Assembly (NCBI RefSeq): GCF_001194135.2
Contig: NC_068995.1
Location: forward strand, 6,902,228 to 6,937,170
DNA from: Octopus bimaculoides
Taxonomy: Eukaryota
Length of the DNA stretch: 34,943 nucleotides
Direction of reading: 5' to 3'
In this document: one piece after another, positions 32,479 to 34,943 of the stretch
Numbering within the stretch: the stretch's first letter is position 1
Layout of the letters: every line of letters begins with the position of its first letter
Translations under genes and position numbers: made by a program
The notes under the pieces: model-generated
The model's database searches: none
Seen by the model: the letters and a program-made list of their open reading frames with translations, nothing else
Told to the model about the DNA's origin: nothing

Positions 32479-33084
32479 GTGCACTGCTGTGGTAGCCATG
32501 TGGATAGATAGATAAATTATTGGACCATCATCTCATAGTCTTCAGTTCAAATCCTACTGCGGGCAGCAAATATTTTTTCTTGTTTAGTTCCAGGTCAACT
32601 GTAATTGGTCATCCCTATGATCAAAGGCATTCCAATTATGACCATCTCGTCTTTTTATCAGACTAACAAAGCACCCAGGATCATAGTAAGTTGTGTGTCC
32701 TATTTTGACATTTGACTGCTATTTCTAACAAGTCAACCATAATGAGGTTTACTCTTAAGTGTGTAGAATATTTTGGCTGAATATTTAGGTCATATTAATT
32801 AATTCTGTTCATTTGAGTTCCGCTAGCTAATCATACGGAATCGGTACCTGACACATGTTACTAGAAAATTACACTGGCATTGTTTTCAGCCAGAGAACCA
32901 ACCATCCCTCATTCACTTAATGCCAAGAGGTACCATCTGAGCCTTTTGCAAATCCTTTGAAGTTTAAAAATTCCCACATATTCAAAGTTAGTGTTTTATA
33001 TCATCATCATTATCATGGTCATTGTTTTAATAACTTTTTTTTTTTTTTACTTCCTGCTCACATAAGCTGGTTGAGTCTAACAAT

Positions 33085-33195
33085 AATTTCCTCCAATATA
33101 GGCACAAGCCCTGAAATTTTTTTGGGGGGTAGGGTAGGGAGCTAGTTGATTACATCACCTCCAATACTCAACTGGTACATATTTTTTTATATGAA
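33085..33195 (-). mobile_element. SINE family A 3' part running into a gap
   Basis: ATAGGCACAAGCCCTGAAATTTT..CAACTGGTAC. Confidence 0.7.
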
Positions 33196-34127
33196 NNNNN
33201 NNNNNNNNNNNNNNNNNNNNNNNNNNNNNNNNNNNNNNNNNNNNNNNNNNNNNNNNNNNNNNNNNNNNNNNNNNNNNNNNNNNNNNNNNNNNNNNNNNNN
33301 NNNNNNNNNNNNNNNNNNNNNNNNNNNNNNNNNNNNNNNNNNNNNNNNNNNNNNNNNNNNNNNNNNNNNNNNNNNNNNNNNNNNNNNNNNNNNNNNNNNN
33401 NNNNNNNNNNNNNNNNNNNNNNNNNNNNNNNNNNNNNNNNNNNNNNNNNNNNNNNNNNNNNNNNNNNNNNNNNNNNNNNNNNNNNNNNNNNNNNNNNNNN
33501 NNNNNNNNNNNNNNNNNNNNNNNNNNNNNNNNNNNNNNNNNNNNNNNNNNNNNNNNNNNNNNNNNNNNNNNNNNNNNNNNNNNNNNNNNNNNNNNNNNNN
33601 NNNNNNNNNNNNNNNNNNNNNNNNNNNNNNNNNNNNNNNNNNNNNNNNNNNNNNNNNNNNNNNNNNNNNNNNNNNNNNNNNNNNNNNNNNNNNNNNNNNN
33701 NNNNNNNNNNNNNNNNNNNNNNNNNNNNNNNNNNNNNNNNNNNNNNNNNNNNNNNNNNNNNNNNNNNNNNNNNNNNNNNNNNNNNNNNNNNNNNNNNNNN
33801 NNNNNNNNNNNNNNNNNNNNNNNNNNNNNNNNNNNNNNNNNNNNNNNNNNNNNNNNNNNNNNNNNNNNNNNNNNNNNNNNNNNNNNNNNNNNNNNNNNNN
33901 NNNNNNNNNNNNNNNNNNNNNNNNNNNNNNNNNNNNNNNNNNNNNNNNNNNNNNNNNNNNNNNNNNNNNNNNNNNNNNNNNNNNNNNNNNNNNNNNNNNN
34001 NNNNNNNNNNNNNNNNNNNNNNNNNNNNNNNNNNNNNNNNNNNNNNNNNNNNNNNNNNNNNNNNNNNNNNNNNNNNNNNNNNNNNNNNNNNNNNNNNNNN
34101 NNNNNNNNNNNNNNNNNNNNNNNNNNN
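33196..34127. other. Assembly gap
   Basis: Ns. Confidence 1.
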
Positions 34128-34274
34128 NCCATTCTCACCACATGTCCATACCAGCGCAATCGTCTCTCTTGCACACCACAACTGATGCTTCTAATGTTCA
34201 GCTTTTCTCTCAAGATACTTACACTCTGACGGGTATTCACATTGACATTACACATCCATGACATTATATTACAT

Positions 34275-34275
<1 letters not shown>
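34128..34275 (-). mobile_element. RTE LINE ORF2 C-terminal fragment
   Basis: MSWMCNVNVNTRQSVSILREKLNIRSISCGVQERRLRWYGHVVRM contains the RTE-type RRLRW(F/Y)GHVxRM motif. Confidence 0.8.
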
Positions 34276-34315
<40 letters not shown>

Positions 34316-34321
34316 AAGGTG

Positions 34322-34445
34322 CAGGCAGGGCTGTGTGGTTGTGGGTTCGTCCCATTGTACATCACCTTGGACAACCATCTTCTGCTTTACCCTTGGAGTG
34401 ACCAAAGCCTTGTGAGTGAATTTGGTGGATGGAAGTTCCGTCATG
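34322..34445 (+). mobile_element. SINE family B head fragment
   Basis: GGCTGTGTGG..CACCTTGGACAA..ACCAAAGCCTTGTGAGTGAATTTGGTGGATGGAA. Confidence 0.7.
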
Positions 34446-34490
34446 TGTTATGTGTGTGTGAAAGTACTTATGCCACCTTTGATGTGTATG

Positions 34491-34521
<31 letters not shown>

Positions 34522-34889
34522 GTTTGTATGTATACATATACACACTGTAGTTGCTCCTTTCTGCAGTATATCCCTCGTCATGTAGCAGTTGAGTGAGGCT
34601 TCTACACCAGTGATTAAAATTAACCTCTTTCTATATACCACTTGATTGTCTCTGTAAGTGACTACAAGTGTCCCTTTAAAGGATATTATCAGCATCTCAG
34701 CAACTATTTCTTGGTTCTCTTGGCTGCTTTTTCTAGGCATTTACACATCATCGCCATTGTAATTGTATAACTGTCAGCTTCACTTGACGGATCGTCTGCT
34801 GAGTCTTCTAGGACAGTGCCTCTCTCCTACACATTCTCTTATCGTAGCATTATATGTGTGCAAGTGTGTTTGTGTACACACACATACAC

Positions 34890-34943
<54 letters not shown>

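Noticed and set aside
1-34943. CRISPR array, operon or other prokaryotic system
   Set aside because: No regularly spaced repeat-spacer units or dense ORFs; the architecture is clearly that of a repeat-rich animal genome.

Overview
AT-rich (roughly 35% GC by eye), gap-containing eukaryotic genomic DNA. It is dominated by microsatellites and several tRNA-derived SINE families, in a style I associate with coleoid cephalopod (Octopus-like) genomes; that taxon call is an inference. I recognise no intact protein-coding gene, tRNA, rRNA or CRISPR array. The clearest elements are: a full-length decayed Tc1/mariner-superfamily transposon with a DD37D (maT-type) catalytic spacing (17535-18809); a fragmented RTE-clade LINE ending in two C2H2-like fingers (about 18900-20930, minus); a hAT-type MITE with an 8-bp TSD (4731-5031); a 182-bp palindromic element (23074-23255); and many SINE copies, some in tandem or inverted arrangements. 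The most interesting unexplained signal is non-repetitive sequence at 2.5-8.9 kb whose minus strand keeps long, stop-depleted reading frames. These include about 1.45 kb of near-continuous frame with one frameshift, plus four blocks starting at good splice acceptors. It looks like a decayed gene of unidentified family. A CpG-retaining domain (about 2.4-14 kb) ends near a strong plus-strand splice donor (13326/13327). Beyond it CpG is depleted, which suggests a promoter followed by a methylated gene body.
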